The position numbers were made by a program, and so were the translations under genes. A model generated the notes under the pieces. The model searched no databases. It was not told the origin of the DNA and saw nothing but the letters and a program-made list of their open reading frames with translations. Positions 37,011 through 50,144 of a stretch of 64,000 nt of DNA are shown here, in pieces (position 1 is the first letter of the stretch; each line of letters starts with the position of its first letter). The DNA lies in assembly GCA_013239625.1 (NCBI GenBank), contig MU053881.1, forward strand, positions 7,773,957 through 7,837,956, given 5' to 3'. Origin of the DNA: Lama guanicoe. Lineage: Eukaryota.

Positions 37011-37990
37011 TCTCCATCCTATAGTTATGAGAAGTTAGTAACTAAAGAGCCAGGTGCCACCTAGTAGAGGGTTAGTTAGTTCCTTTATCTCTTCGACGCC
37101 CTAAATGAGCCCAGATTTGTGGACTGGCTGGAACCCAAGACCTCGAGGTGGTACCTTCTGCTACTTTGTAGGTCCTTTTGCAGCCATCTTAGCCTTCCAG
37201 TTCTGCGCTAACCTTTAAAACTTAACTATATGCAATATGTATCTCCATAAAACTCTGTATTGATGTGAAACGGTGCCATAAAAGTGAAACACCAGTGGAG
37301 AAGGCAAAGACCGTGCTACTCAGTTTTCCAGCAGAGCTGTTATCTGATGTGGTGAAACGCTAATAGGACGGTGGGAAACCAGTCCTTCAGGAGGATGGTG
37401 GGGGCTGCAGAGATGCTTACCTGCCTGGAGCCGGATCCCACAGTCCTGTCCCCCTTCTGGGCCGACCCAGCCTTCAGAGGCCAGGGGACCGACAGTAAGA
37501 CCAACTTCGCCCTTGCAGACGCAGGGTCACTTTTTCCAGGGGCACAGGTACCTGAAACTCATGGAAAAAGTCTGTGCAGACCGGAGCTCCTTTCCCTCCT
37601 CCGCCAGCAACCCCCCAGTCCCTGAGCGCCGCGGCGAGGCCAGCCTCGTGTCTGCTTTACAGCAGGCTCCTTCACCTGCGAGCCGCGCCGTGTGCATGAA
37701 GACGGGTGTAGCTTTATTCCGCTTGTGGACAGATCATGGATTGCAGTGGGTGCCGTGCCACCCTTGGGGTTTCTGTTCCATGTGAGTTGCATTCTCTGTG
37801 ATGCCTGAAGCCGGAGCGAGGAAAGAGGCGTGGAAGGTTTCTGTTCTTCTCTTCCCCGCAGAGGCTTTATCCACCTGAGCGCAGAAGCCCGTTGCCTTAT
37901 CCGCAGAGTTGATTCTAAGGCCGATGCTTTGGACTGCCTTATAGACTCTCACTGTAGAATTTCAGAACTAGGAACACAAGTTTTCTAGGC

Positions 37991-38148
37991 CAGCATTTTT
38001 CAACCTTGACTGTGCATCTCAACACCTGGGAATCTGGTTGAAATGTGGATTCTGGTTCTGCAGGTCTAGGGTGGGACCTGAGAGTCTGCATTTCTAATGA
38101 ACTTCCAGGTGATGCTCCTGGCCTAGGACCACACTTTGCAGAGCAAGG
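37991..38148. mobile_element. MER5A-type MITE
   Basis: caggtctagggtgggacctgagagtctgcatttctaatgaacttccaggtgatgct...ggaccacactttg. Confidence 0.85.
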
Positions 38149-38158
38149 ATCCAGAGTA

Positions 38159-38338
38159 CAGTGATTCTCAAACTTAACGCATAGAAAAAAAAAATTTCTT
38201 TCAGGTCCTGGTTAAAATGCTGGCTCCTAGGTCATGTACCCAGGATCTGGAATGGCCCTAAGGATTTGACTTTGTAAATTGGCACCCTAGGTGATTTTGG
38301 TGTATGTCACCCAAGAGGCATATTTTGGGAAACACTGA
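38159..38338. mobile_element. MER5-type MITE adjacent to the previous copy
   Basis: TIR-like ends cagtgattctcaaa / tttgggaaacactg. Confidence 0.7.
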
Positions 38339-38389
38339 TACAGGATAGCCCCTATTATTTTATAGATTTGGAAGCAGGGAAAGAACCAA

Positions 38390-38550
38390 GCATCTTGTGA
38401 GCACCTACTGCATGCTGCATACCTTATGCACTTGCCATCTTCTTTGGTCCTCCTGCAAGATAGGTATGTTTATGCCCACTACACAGATGAAGAAACTGAG
38501 GCTTGAGGAGTTTAACTCACCAGGGATAAACCCAGGTCTTTCTGACCCCC
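38390..38550 (-). mobile_element. MIR SINE
   Basis: gagcacctactgcatgc...acagatgaagaaactgaggctt. Confidence 0.75.
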
Positions 38551-41500
38551 AATTCTGTATTTTTTTCTGCTTTATAGTGTGCTGCCTATGCTGAAAGAAA
38601 TCTTGAAAAAGGCAGGGAGTCAGGGGCAGGAGAGAGAGAGAGGGAACAATCACGGATCTCGGAGTCTTTCAAGGTTCAGCGTTTGTGCTTTTATGCTCTT
38701 AAGAGCATATATGAGCACATGCTTGTATCTGAGATCTAGGTTATTAAGACTTGAAACATTGAAAGAGAAAAATGTACAGACATAAACGGATGTTTGCAAG
38801 TAGACCTTTCTAAATTCCCTACAATTTATCAAAGATAAAGTGAAGTTTCACATCTTCAAATCCTTTAGCCCTTTAGGCCAGCAGAAGAATTTTCTCAAGT
38901 GATCAGGTAATACTTGTACTTGAGAACACTCTGCCAGCTTGGAAACTTTTTGAAAAAAATTTTTAAGAAAGAAAGAAAACCAAGCTGTGACTTTACAATG
39001 CTTTGGAATTAAAGAATATGCTTGTAATTTTTACAATTCTTCACAGACTTCTTTGCCACATCTGGTTGATATTACTGGCAGGGATATATGGGGGAATAAA
39101 CCATGGGCTGGAATGTGAAACATCCCACAAAATGAGTTTCTTATAGGTTGCTGCATAAAACATTCTGAGTCTCCCTCTCTTTGGAAGGCTGGCTTAAGTG
39201 ATTTCATGGATTTAGTATTTTCTTTGGTTCGAAGGTAAGGGTTGTTGCTGGCCTACTTGGTGGGGGTTCCAAAATGATTTTCCAAAGACGTGTGGAAAGG
39301 GTTAACATTCTAGAGTTGTGCCGTGGATCAGGATGGGAAAAGTCACAGTTGAAGGAAGTCAGACCGACCTTTGGTGAGAAATACTGGACGCTGGTGATGA
39401 TGGTGAAACTGGGACCAACTGAATTGCTACAGAAAAAAAAGAATGTAGCAGGAAAGGGTTATATGTGTCAGAGCTTCAGGAAACCTTCAGGTGGTGCATG
39501 AAACAGCTGATGGCAAGAAGAGCTCAGCTCCTTGCAAAGCCAAAAGCCTCGGTCCATCCGTGCATTCTCTGTGCTGGATACGAACACAGTGAGTTGGGGA
39601 AATCGAAAAATAAAACACCCAAGCTGATACCTGGCACGTGGTCAATTCCCTACGGGGGACATGGCTGCCTGACTCCTAGCTAGAGAACTGTGTGACCAGT
39701 GACAACTCAAGCATTCGTTGAACACTTGCCGTGTGTGTGTGTGTGTGTCCCTGCCTCATGCTGGTTGTTGGGATGCGGAGCAGAGTGCAGACGTGTCTAA
39801 TCCCAGCCTGGAGGGTGTGAGCGTGGGCTGCTCGCCACCTGGCTCCTTCTCAGACTTCCTTGGCCGGGACCCACCTGCAGAGTTGGAACCTTTCTGCACA
39901 AGACCATGTGCTGCTCTCAGCACCCTGTGGCCTGCGGTAGAGCTGGCCAACCTTGGCAGGGCTGTGTGGACATCACCAAGGGTGCTCAAGTAAAGTCCGT
40001 GCTGTCCCGTGGCTACACAGCCCTTTGTTGAAAATGAGAACCAGAGGCCAGCCTTCACCCACACCCTGGCATCCTCGGTCTCCTGATCTGGAGTTGGAAA
40101 CTGTCAAGCGAATTGAAAATGTCGGGGAAATACCACATTGCATATAGAAAAATATCGGCCTTTTGAGGTGGGCAGACCCCAAAACATCCATTCTTCAATT
40201 CCCTGAATGCTGCTAATTTACCCACATCCAATAATCTTGAGATTTTTGTTCTTGAATCACATTCAACGTCAACAGAAACATTTCTAAAGGGCCTAATCAT
40301 TTCTCATTTTCAACCAACGTTTGGGAACCTCTCCAGGGGACAAATAATGTTTTAATTTGTTGTCCCAAATTCTAGCATAATTTCAAATCACACACATACA
40401 CTGAAGCCTGTAACTCTGGATTTCTGCTGGCTTTCCTACAGGCTCAGTATCCTGCATTTTGAGCATTAATTTCCATTTGTAAGGTTTGCAGTCCGTTTAC
40501 AAAGTCCCAGAGACTGAGGCTTGTAATGAAAGTGTTGACACAGTATTAACAACAGCAAAACTATGATAACAGAGGGCTGTCCAAGCCAAATAGAAATGGA
40601 GAAGTTTAAGTAAATTTCACGCTCCTTGCCTGAATGTGGTGTACTGCGCCCACGTTTTTGATTCATGGTTTAGAATAATATTTTAATGTTTTATTCATGA
40701 TGTTCCTTTCTTCCCGTCATTCCTTCCTTAATTCCCCTCATCCTGCTTATGGTGATGCAGCGTGCTTGGGAGCCTGGACTCATCTTGATTGGCGCTGCTT
40801 GTTGTGTAGCCAAAAGTCTTCCCCATGGTTGGCTCAGTGGAGTATTCAGCCATGGAGATGATCATTTGGCCTCTCATTCGCATGTCTAGGGCTCTGGACT
40901 CCAATTTTTCATCGATGAGTCAGCTTTTGATTGAAATGTACACAGAATCATGCCAACATTTCTCCCGGTGAAGGAAGCATCTTGACTTTTGGAGGTCAGA
41001 ATGCTCTGTCTAAGGGAGAAAACTGCATTTCTAAGAGGTGAAAGGGTAGCGGAGGACTGATTCCCTCCATGTCAGTTTCATTTAATTTGGGATTTATGAA
41101 ACTCTACGCTGCAGATCAAGATGCTCAGAGAGACCTAACTTCAATAATTTTTAAAAAATGGAAGTCATTGGTAGCAACATAGAAAGGCTGGATCATCAAT
41201 GTTATTAATATCACGGCCCTAATCATCTCCTTCCTGTGTCTCTACATCTCCCACTCTGTTCCCCCTTTTATTTCAAAAGCACATGCACATACACAGAACA
41301 TACCACACACGTACACATGAAACCTTCCCTCTATATGAGAATCCCAGACAGATAAATGAAGAGACTTTCCAGGCTGCTGAATCAAAGCACAGATACAATT
41401 TCACGTTAATGCAAGATACTGACTTTTAAATTAGCTCAAATGATTGAGCAGCACTGAGGAGATATCAGAGGTCAGAAAAAAGCGACAGTGGTGGTGGAAA

Positions 41501-41959
41501 GAGGAGACACTTTGTCTCCTTGGCTCATATAATTGGTGTTTTTGGTGCACAGAGATGGCCAGTGGCAGATCTGGTTCAGAGACCGTAAATTATTAGTGTA
41601 AATGTTTTCTCGTCTCCAGAGAGAGTGTCTCTTTTCCCTGGAAAAGATGTGCACGGGTCAGGCTTCTACCCAGAACCTTTAGGGACTTTCATTCCATTTT
41701 ACAACACAGAGCAGAGCTTTGTCAACCACCAGTTCCCTAGGGCTCAGCCAGGGAACAAAATTATCTTAGGAAGTAATTGTTATGGCTTCCACTGCTAATG
41801 GCATTCTCTGCAGATCCTCTTCCCTTGTGCATGGCACTTCCTTTAGTTAAGTGAGAGTGAAGGATGGGAGATCATTAGGCCTAATGAGGCTGGAGAAACA
41901 GCAGCCAGGAAAGACCAGTCACCCAGGGAGTCCCTTACTTGCCGGTTTCTTCCCAAGTG

Positions 41960-42735
41960 GAGAGTCATTGATAGGAGGGGTGAGGAGACTGGGTAGAATT
42001 TGTCACCATGCGTTACCAGTTGTCCCCCACCTTCCATCCCCACTGCCACCATCCTTTCTCCATGAGATGACTGCAAAGACCTTCCCAGTAAATCTTCCTG
42101 CTTCTACTGGTGTTCCCGCCGTATCCATCATCCATCCAGCAGCCACCATGATTGCTTTAAGGCAAATCAGATCTCCTTATTCCCCTAATTAAACCTTCCA
42201 GTGACTTCACATTGTTCTAAGAATAAATTCAAGTTCCCGTGCTACGTAATCTGGCCCTGCCATTCTTCCTAAGCTGTCCTAGGCCACTCTTCCCACATCC
42301 ACCAAGCCGCAGCTTCTTCCTGATGCTCCAACACCCCTGTCTCTCTCTTAACTGATGGCCTTGGCCTTGCTGTACCTTCTGCCTGGAACACACTGACCCC
42401 AGGTGTTGGCATGGCCAGGTCCTCCTTGAGATTCAAGTCCTGGCTCAACCATCACTCCCTCAGAAAGCCTTTCCTGACCACCGACCTACAGTAGCTTCCC
42501 TTTCTTACCAGACACTGTCTATAACATGACCCAGTTTTATTTTCTCCATGGCACTTATCACTACTCAAAATTCTTTTGCTCACTTATTTGTTTACTTTCT
42601 GCTCTCTTTTCCCCCAGGAGAATGTAATCTTCTTGAGAGCAGGGATGCTGTCTATCTGGTTGACTCTGCTATTACCTACCAATGCATCAAGCATGTAGTG
42701 GGCGCTCGATGCATATTCTGTAACGGAGTGCATGA
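41960..42735 (+). mobile_element. L2 3' fragment
   Basis: ccttccagtgacttcacattgttctaagaataaa; ccctcagaaagccttttcctgacc; agaatgtaatcttcttgagagcagggatgctgtct. Confidence 0.8.
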
Positions 42736-43939
42736 GAGAAAGAACTTGGTCTCTCCAGAGTCTGCTTTTCTTCTCAGTATGTGGTCAGAGGCATCTTCTG
42801 CTCCAAACCAGAGCTCTTTTCTTCATTGCCCTGAAAAACCCCCAAATGATATTTAATAGCATATGTGCACATACCTGCACAACATGGACACACACACACG
42901 CATGCAAGCAAACTTAACAAGTATACACACAGGAGGATGAATAAAACTGATAAACTGGACTTCTTCTCCCAGTTTCCAGCCTCTATTTATTTCACCTTTT
43001 GCAAGACAAATTACTTGGGACTAAAAAGTAAACCCTGCCCTGGGGTTCTGAGAGGGCCTTCATGGAATGAGCCCATCCACACACAGATGGGCTACGCAGC
43101 GCAGACGTGGGCTGACTTCAAGGGCCACTGGGGTGGGACTTCGTACTGCCACCAAAGAGAGAAACAGCCAATGTCAGGATGCTCCACTAGCAGATGTGAG
43201 TCAGTGTCTGAGACTGAGAGCTGGGGAGGAAATGTTATTTTTTGATGCTTATTTCAAAGACCTGGGAATAATGTTCTATGGTACAACGAAATGAAAAGAT
43301 AAACTGTGCTTGCTTCATCTCCAGGCCTCATTGATTTTATTTATTTATTTTTTTTTTTTACTTCTAACGGGCATTGAAAGGAATTGTCTAGCTATTGGAA
43401 GACTCAGCTCAGTAAAGCCTTTCCAGAAAAGAGACCTACGTAGACCCACAGAAAAACCAAATCTTAGTCTCAAAAAAAAAAAAGAAGAGATTACATTAAT
43501 TTACTGAGCATTGATCTAAACCTCCAAATTATTTTTTTTCCTTGATCTGAGATCTAAACCAGAGATTGTTTGAAAGACATCTGGTGAATTAGTCCATACC
43601 TGGAGTGAACCATGTCTTCTGAAATAATTGAACCAGGACCACACTGGAACATCAAAATACTAATGTTTTCCAAACGGACTCTGTCAGAGTCTCTGTCTGG
43701 TGTAGCTACAACACCAACCTACTGTTTGATCCATGTCTCCCCTACCGACCCTTGGACCCCCACCCGTCACTCCTTTCTGCAAACCTGCCGTCAGCAGTGG
43801 GTGATCACAGGTGATGCCCTGGGAGTGCAAGGCCTTCGAGACTCACTGCCGCCACGATCAGGAGAGGGGCCGCTGTTCTGAGTGACTTGCCCCACTCACC
43901 ACTTTTAATTTCACATCATGAGGAGAAGAGGTGTCTTTT

Positions 43940-44120
43940 CTTGAGATGAATGGAGAAAAAGGGAAGACAGGGTGGAGAGAAAGGAAGAAACCCTAGGATA
44001 AGGAAGAGAGGGAGGGAGAAAAAGGAACAGCAGTAACCAAAAAGTGAACATGGAACAGAGATGGCAAAGATAATAATACGGTGAAGGGGAACGGAAAGGA
44101 AATAAAGAAAATAGGAATCT
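43940..44120 (+). repeat. Purine-rich (GA-rich) low-complexity tract
   Basis: ggagaaaaagggaagacagggtggagagaaaggaagaaa...gaaggggaacggaaaggaaataaagaaa. Confidence 0.6.
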
Positions 44121-45881
44121 TTGGGGAGAAATTTATCTCAGGTTTGTTTTTGTCTTTTTCTGGTTCCCTCCAAGGCAGATGGAAGGATTTCTGATCACCT
44201 TTGTGCCTCTCCATTCTGTACCAAGCTCTGTGTAAACTCTTGTCTCTGCAAGACACCCCCAGGAGGCAAGAACAACATCCTCTTCATAGAATCCCAGAGC
44301 TGGGTGGCCCTTCTAGAGTATCCAGAGCTACACCTGTATTTTACAGTTGGAGAAACTGAGGCACAGAGCAGTAGGGGACTCACAAGCCCCAGCCCTAGGG
44401 CTCCTGGTCTGGTGCTGAGCGCACAGCCCAAAGACGTCCTTACCTTTGCCATGACTTTTCAGTAAGTGACAGGGGAGATAAACCATGGGAGAAGGGTCGT
44501 TGGCTCACAGTGATTGGTGCTTCCCGGGGTCAGGCTGCCTGGGATAAGCAGTTTATCTTTCAAGAAAAAGGATATTCTTTTGAAAGAGGTAATACTGGTG
44601 ATAGAGTTGCTCATCCAAGGAAGGAGGAGCAGTTCTTACCTGTGAAAGTGTTGTTGGACGTTCTGTGGATACGTTATGTGGTTATTGTCACGACATACCT
44701 GAGGAAGGGAATGAAAGAAACAAACCTCACAGGAGAGCCATTGCCAGAAAAGAGTCAACAAAAGAGGCAACTGAAAGGAAGGAGTAGAGGCCGACTCCCT
44801 AAGGTTTCCATCCTGGTGCTGGAAGAATAGCGGTACCATGACGGGGAGGTGAAGTGGAAATCTTTTTGGAGTGGGGTGATGGGAACTGCTTCTCAGAGCC
44901 TGCAGCCGCCCTTGGACATCCAGCCTGGTGCATCTGAATTTCCACCCCCTGGCAATTTCAGATGTTGAAAAGCTAAAGTCAGCTCGGTATCCAGCTCAGC
45001 AGCATTTCCTTTCCCATCCCAGCTCGTTACTTCTCTGAGGGCATATCCTTTGTAAGGAGCCTGTGCATTTAAGAAAAAAGACCCCAGCCTGTTACTGGTA
45101 ACCCAGCAGCCATGCAGGAACTGACCAGTTTTGCTAGGGGCACCGCACCCTGCTTACCTTTCATATACAACCCATTTACCTGCACCTAATTAGCCAGACT
45201 TCAGTGTCGACTCCCAAATTGCTATGCTAATGATGGCAGCCCTCCCCTCCCCTCCCAAGAAATGCTGATCTCCCAGCTCAGCGTGAGGGACTTCACTAAT
45301 ACCTCTTTCCAGTGATATAATTTGATTCCTCCATAGGAGGCTGCTCTGGTCCTAGCTCACTTAGCACTAAATCTCTTGCTAGATACTCTCATTACTTAAT
45401 CTTTTCAGGCCCCAGACTAGCCTGGGCTTCTTATTTATTTATCCGGGGCCCTGTTTACTTCCCTGTTGTAAATTACTTCTGGCTCCTGGCCGTCTGATCG
45501 CTGCACTGATAGACTAATAGCTCGGAGCTACCGCATTTGCCTTGTGTGATGAAGCAAATAATATGCTTAACTTATGGGAGAGAAGTACACCCTCCATTTA
45601 TTTCACTGGGGGAAATATTACTGAGGGGAAAGGGCCAAATCATTTACCTAGTGGCTGCTGGTGTAATTACGGACAGAATTATGTGAAACAAATTGCCATG
45701 CCTATAAATCTAAACCTCCAGTGTCTCAAAGGCAGAGAGAGAATTTTGGTGGATGGCATGGGTTCTGCATCCCTGACAGGTGAGTTTCTGAGACAGTGCT
45801 GGCAGGAGGAGGAGGATGACATTCTGGTTTTCTTGGCAAGAAAGGTACTCTTCCCCAGCTCCAAACTCTAAACATCTAAGG

Positions 45882-46092
45882 CTAGAGTGGGCAGACTGTA
45901 GCCCCTCCAGCCCACTGCCACCTGCTATTGCAAATAAAGTTTTATTGGAACACAGCCACACCCACTCATTTACATACTGTCTACGGCCCTGTCTGTGCTA
46001 CAGTGGTAGGGGTGCATAGTCCTTGGCAGAAACTGTATGGCCCCCAAAGCCAAAACTATTTACAATATGGCCCTTTACCGAAAATGTTGCTT
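45882..46092 (+). mobile_element. MER58A MITE
   Basis: gcaaataaagttttattggaacacagccacacccactcatttacatactgtcta...tggccctttaccgaaaa; homologous to the copy at 13976. Confidence 0.85.
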
Positions 46093-46199
46093 TGCCAGAA
46101 GAAGAACCTTCAAACACATATTTTATATGGAGTTGGAGAGGTTAATTTGGATCACTCCCCTTAACTCCAGGATGGTCACCACTCACCCTGTAGTGCTTC

Positions 46200-46375
46200 T
46201 GAATCTCTTCCTGTGGCTTCTCTCGACAATTGTGTGGCTCAGTAGGGATTATGAACCCATTTGACAGAAGAGAAAAGTGAGACTCTGAAAGGTGGAGTGT
46301 TTTGCCCAAGGTCATTCAGCTAGGAAATTGGAGAACTGGGATTCATACCTTGCCTGCCTGGCTCCAAGTTCTGTC
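46200..46375 (-). mobile_element. MIR SINE
   Basis: cccatttgacagaagagaaaagtgagactctga...tttgcccaaggtcattcagctag. Confidence 0.75.
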
Positions 46376-46727
46376 TTCTTTCAGCTCAGCCCCGCTGCTT
46401 CCCAAGAAAAAAACAAAGGATGAAAGCATCGGCAGTGGGGGAGGATTTATCTCGGCCTTGCCTCTCTGCAGAAGGGCTGTTGAAAGGGAACATGCGAGCA
46501 GCCAAGTCACAAGAAACACGAAAGCTAGAGGAGAAGTGAGGGGGGTCTTGTTTCCTCCAGTCCACACTCACTGTGGGGTGGATGGTGGAGTAGAACCAAG
46601 AGTACTTTATCATGTTGGGAAACATAGCAGTTGTTTGTCAGGAAGCAAGAGAAAACCAAAGAGAAGAGGGCCTGGGTGATAAAAAGCTTATTTCACGGCC
46701 TGCGTTGCCTATGTGATACTGACTGCC

Positions 46728-46747
46728 AGAGAGAGAGAGAGAGAGAG
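46728..46747. repeat. (AG)10 microsatellite
   Basis: Direct read. Confidence 0.9.
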
Positions 46748-47079
46748 TAGCCCACGTGGCCTCCTCCTGGGGGAGGTGGACGCCCAGCTCTGCTGCATCC
46801 AGGGTGGACGGAGAGCCTTGGCTCCTGCGCCCTCTAGGAGCAGTTCTCTCGGCTTTGGGGCAGCCTGGAGCCAGACTCAGATGCCCTGAACTTGTGCAGT
46901 GGGTGTGGGAAAAGTGACATGTCCAAGGCCTGCAGACATCGCCAGTGGGCCTGGTGCAGGTGTAGAAATCTCAGGTTGGAAACGGGACCAAAAGCACCTA
47001 TTGCCAAATAGTCTTTGGGCTCTGAACCTAAAGAGACAAGAGAATATATGGAAATAATAGGGAATAACACAGCCATGTC

Positions 47080-47300
47080 TCAGCAGCTGCCATCTGAATG
47101 TTTACAAAGCAGCAGGCGTACTTCTAAACCCTCTCATCTCCAGGATCTCATTTAATCTTCATAATCATCTCGTGAGGTGGGTGTAACTAGTCCATTTTAT
47201 TGAAGAGGAAATGGAGCTCAGTAATGATAAACAATTTGCTCAAGCTACTGTATTAATGGTGGAGCTGAGAACCCAATTTGCCTGACCCCTTAACCAGCCC
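47080..47300 (-). mobile_element. MIR SINE
   Basis: atctcatttaatcttcataatcatctcgtgaggtggg...ccattttattgaagaggaaatggagctcag. Confidence 0.75.
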
Positions 47301-48384
47301 ACATACTCGGGGTGGGAAGTGGGGGAACTACAGACATGGAACCAATCTATCATAGACCGGCTCTGCCATGCGGATCTATCATTTTCTTGTCTAAGCCTCA
47401 GTGTCCAATGTTTGGATGGGGATCACAGCCAGGGTTGTGGGGATAGTTGAGCGTGATGGTGTATTTTCAGCATAAACGTGTTGTCTGGCTCATGGTAAGA
47501 GCTCAGCAGGTGACACCCCCCCCCTACTTTCTCTCTTCCCATGGTGACAAGACAGAAACCCCAGCTTTTCTGTCACTACCATCACTGTCTGTGATGTCCT
47601 GCTGAGCTCTCTGGGGAGTAGGATGCACAGACCCAACCTCTCCCTTTGAGGCATTTCCCATCTAAGACGGAACTGCATTTATCCGTGCATCAGTGAATAT
47701 ACATTTATGGACCATGCAGCCAAAGGGGAGAGGACGTCCCACGAAATGGGAATGGAGCAAAAGGCATCTGCACCACATCTGTGTCAAGGGAAGTTGTGTT
47801 TTAGAGGAAGACTTTTTTGCAGTGCACTCATCTTTGCTGAGCTCTGCTCTGGGGAGTAGAAAGCAGAGAGAGCTTTGGAAATACGCAGGTGGGACCAGTG
47901 AGGGCCAGCTGCCACTTCTCTTTTGATTAAGCTACGAAGCCTCTTGGTTCAACTCCTGTAGTTGGCATGGATCGTGGTGTACTGATGAGTTGGCCTTCAA
48001 CAGAAGAATTTGAAGCAACAGGAAAATTAACATTGTTTGGTATTGTCCTATGTGCTGAGCAAGTTCTTTCTCCAGCATCTTAAATTTTTTTTTCCTCCCA
48101 ACCGTGAAAGGTGGGTATTAGTCATCTCCATTTGCATTGAGGGAAAGGGTTTAAAGGACTTTTGGTCTCAGAGTTAAGAAGAGATGGAAGCAAGATCAGA
48201 ACCCGTGTCTCTCCAACTCTGGAGCTTTACACCTCAGGTGACCTGTCTTCACACTATGAAGAAGAGATACTTTCTTTTCTTCTCCCTAACAGCATCCCAA
48301 TGATCTCCAGAGAATTTCTAGAAATTATTCCAGGGGCTGTGTGTGGCTTCTTGGGGGTCTGACCACTTCCACCCTAGAGGAACC

Positions 48385-48830
48385 TGGCTTTTTAGGACTC
48401 TCAAGGTTACCACTGACAGAAACCTGAAGCAAAGTAGAATCAGGAAAAACAAACAACACAAAGCCACAATGAGGGCTGGGGTTAAAGATCACCAGGACCC
48501 AGCCCAGAGCCCACTGGGTGTCTGTCAGTCTCCAGATTCCATCTCAGCATCTCTCTGCCCGGCGGCTTCGTTCCTTCCTGTCCCCTTGTGGTGGAACCCT
48601 GGCAGGCTGGCACCATGTCCTTACAGCTTTGTGACCAGAGAGCAGAGAGTCTTCCCTGGAGTTCATTCCAAAGGATTCTCGGGGCAGGACTCCATGGAGC
48701 CTGGCTATAGCCGTGTACCCTTCGCTGGACCGATCATTGTGGCCGGAGGCTTGGGCCAACGATTAGCCCACATAGTGGAAAAAGTGGGGTGGATTCTAGA
48801 CACACAGAGACTAGAGCAGACATGCCTCAG
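48385..48830 (-). mobile_element. Old MLT1-type LTR
   Basis: taggactctcaaggttaccactgacagaaacc...ctggaccgatcattgtggcc. Confidence 0.5.
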
Positions 48831-49309
48831 CCAGGAGGCGCTCTGATGATGACGTGTGCCAGACGTCACTGTCAGCCTTATGCCCAGAACCCTAGGCTGC
48901 TTCAAGACAACAGTTGTGCCTAGAAACCTTGCAGTTTCATTCTCGGGTCCTCCCTGAAATAGGGCAGGCACATCTGCAGCTATTCCAGGAATGACCCATG
49001 GGAGCTTAGGGGGAAAAAAAAAGATTGAGAAGACATCCAGCCTGTGTAGGAGTGGACATTTGAATTCACAGGCTGGGAGAGTAATGTGGAGAAGGGATGC
49101 AGACTCAGGAAGGCTGTGCCTTTGTTTCCACGTCTAAGAGGCAGCATCCTTGAAGCCGGGCGGGACTTTAGGAGAACAGAGGGAACTGATGGAGTTCTGG
49201 ATCTCACCTCGCCTCCCTCTCTGGCCCTTACCCCTCCCGTGCCTTGGCTCAGTCCTTCCAGTCCCGCCACAGCTAGACTTCGGCAGGTCAGAGACTCGCC
49301 GTGATTTGT

Positions 49310-49630
49310 TTTCTCTGCATCTTTATGCCTTCTTACTCATACCTGGAAGGCTTTTCTCACATCCTGTTGTCTAAGTAAATGTCACTCTTAAAGACTCAGC
49401 TCTCCTCTCTCCTCCTCCAGGAAGCTCTTCCTGATAAAGCTAGTCTTACTTATGAGAATGACTCCCTCTGGGCCCTGTTTTAGCATCAGCCGTGCCAACT
49501 CTGAGGCCAGTGTTTTGTCTGCCTTTCCCTCCAGACTATGAGCTATTTGTGAGCGGAAAATTGTATTTTTATTTTTTTGTTAGCATGGTTTGGTGCTGTG
49601 CTAAAATATTTTTTTAATGGAAAAATTGAA
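49310..49630 (+). mobile_element. L2 3' end
   Basis: cctcctccaggaagctcttcctga; ctccagactatgagcta. Confidence 0.65.
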
Positions 49631-49637
49631 TTAACGG

Positions 49638-50045
49638 TGTCTTAGTTCAAGCTGCTATAGCAAAATCCCATACATGGGTGGCTTAAATCGCAGGCGTTTG
49701 TTTCTCACAGTTCTGGAGGCTGGGAAGTCTGAGATCCAGGTGCCAGCAGGGTTGGGGTTTGGTGAGAACTCTTCCTGGCTTGTGGAAGGCCATCTTCACA
49801 AGGTGTCCTTACACGAGGACGAGAGATCCAGAGAGAGAACAGGAGAGAGAGAGAGATGGAGAGAGAGTGCTCTCTCTGGTCTCTTCTGTGGGCGCTAATC
49901 TCAGTATGAGGACCACCCCCTGCCCTGGGGACCTCACCTAAACCTAATTACCTCCCAAAGGCCTCACCACCAAGTACCATTATGTTGGAGATGGAAATTT
50001 CAACATATGAATTTTGAGGGGAACGCAAACATTAAGCCCATAACA
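49638..50045 (-). mobile_element. MLT1A0-like solo LTR, full length
   Basis: tgtcttagttcaagctgctat...ctcacagttctggaggctgggaagt...cctaattacctcccaaaggcc...aaacattaagcccataaca; TSD aacgg / aaagg. Confidence 0.9.
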
Positions 50046-50144
50046 AAAGGGAAGTCTTGCCAGAGAGCAGATGTCGATTTTATGGGAATCATTACCTCTG
50101 AGGTATCTGAGGGGAAGGATATGAACACTGGCTTCGAATCTAGA

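Noticed and set aside
37054..37067. CTCF-like motif (minus strand CTACTAGGTGGCAC); similar hits at 46827-46840 and 51530-51543
   Set aside because: Each has core mismatches, and two lie in MIR/L2-type tail sequence that naturally resembles the motif. Not supportable without ChIP data.
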